From: Oculina patagonica
Lineage: Eukaryota
Assembly: GCF_052425735.1 (NCBI RefSeq)
Contig: NC_135769.1
Span: 124,001 to 188,000 of the forward strand
Reading direction: 5' to 3'
DNA: 64,000 nucleotides
The notes beneath the pieces are model-generated. The model was not told where the DNA came from and did not search any database. It saw nothing but the letters and a program-made list of their open reading frames with translations. Below are positions 63,590-64,000 of this stretch, one piece after another. The position numbers and the translations under genes were made by a program. Positions within the stretch are counted from its first letter, which is position 1, and each line of letters begins with the position of its first letter.

Positions 63590-64000
63590 AAGGCCAACTG
63601 GTTACGCGTAACCTTTAAAGGCACCCTTACAAGCATTAGTATTTTCTATTTTTTTATTGCATTAAAAGTCATAACATATTTACATACTTTACATCTGCTA
63701 ATCTATGTACATTGATACTGTATTAATTTTACATTGCGCTGTTAATATTACAGAATACATAGTATCTCACATTTTAGATTTGCCTCCAGCAATAATTATA
63801 TGATTAAAAAACAACCAATGTGACCTCTGAATAGTCTCTATCAGTTTCCAAGACAATTTTGAGGAGGTCATTGTTATCGCTATGGTAACAGATGTATGCA
63901 GTGATGATTCTGCTCAATTTGGTCATGAATAGTAGCAGGAGGAGAGAGAACTGGAATTCGGGTGCAAACGAGAAACGGGAAGATGGAGCTAAGCCTTTCG

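Noticed and set aside
1-64000. Prokaryotic systems (CRISPR arrays, operons) or horizontal transfer of rsmH
   Set aside because: No repeat-spacer arrays are present. The RsmH-family gene has spliceosomal introns and a transit-like peptide, so it is ordinary nuclear METTL15.

Overview
Intron-rich, AT-rich eukaryotic genomic DNA, almost certainly from a scleractinian (stony) coral, because it carries a skeletal aspartic acid-rich protein gene and cnidarian-type SINEs/MITEs. I hand-spliced ten protein-coding genes using GT-AG junctions and frame continuity. In order they are: SAARP1/CARP4-like skeletal protein (+), nicotinic acetylcholine receptor alpha-type subunit (-), TRIM-NHL #1 (+), an uncharacterised protein with Mn-like microtubule-binding motifs (-), a multi-C2H2 zinc finger protein (+), TRIM-NHL #2 (-), TRIM-NHL #3 (+), ERGIC2 (+), a divergent UBC9/UBE2I-like gene (-) and METTL15 (+). 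The three TRIM-NHL genes are TRIM71/TRIM2/3-like (RING, two B-boxes, coiled coil, filamin, NHL). Introns and spacers hold many MITEs and tRNA-derived SINEs. The most notable observations are: (1) the UBC9-like gene has Ser in place of the catalytic Cys, making it a candidate SUMO pseudo-E2; (2) it shares a 68-bp bidirectional promoter with METTL15, with a TISU/YY1-like element over each start codon; (3) a minimal Penelope-type hammerhead ribozyme with a U3-A8 compensatory core; (4) RFX/E2F/CCAAT motifs between two head-to-head TRIM-NHL genes; (5) an atypical nAChR pore. Several stretches (about 17.5-17.7, 41.8-42.2, 46.66-46.77 and 52.3-54.3 kb) look like low-quality consensus sequence. Comparisons to reference proteins are from memory, not from a database search.
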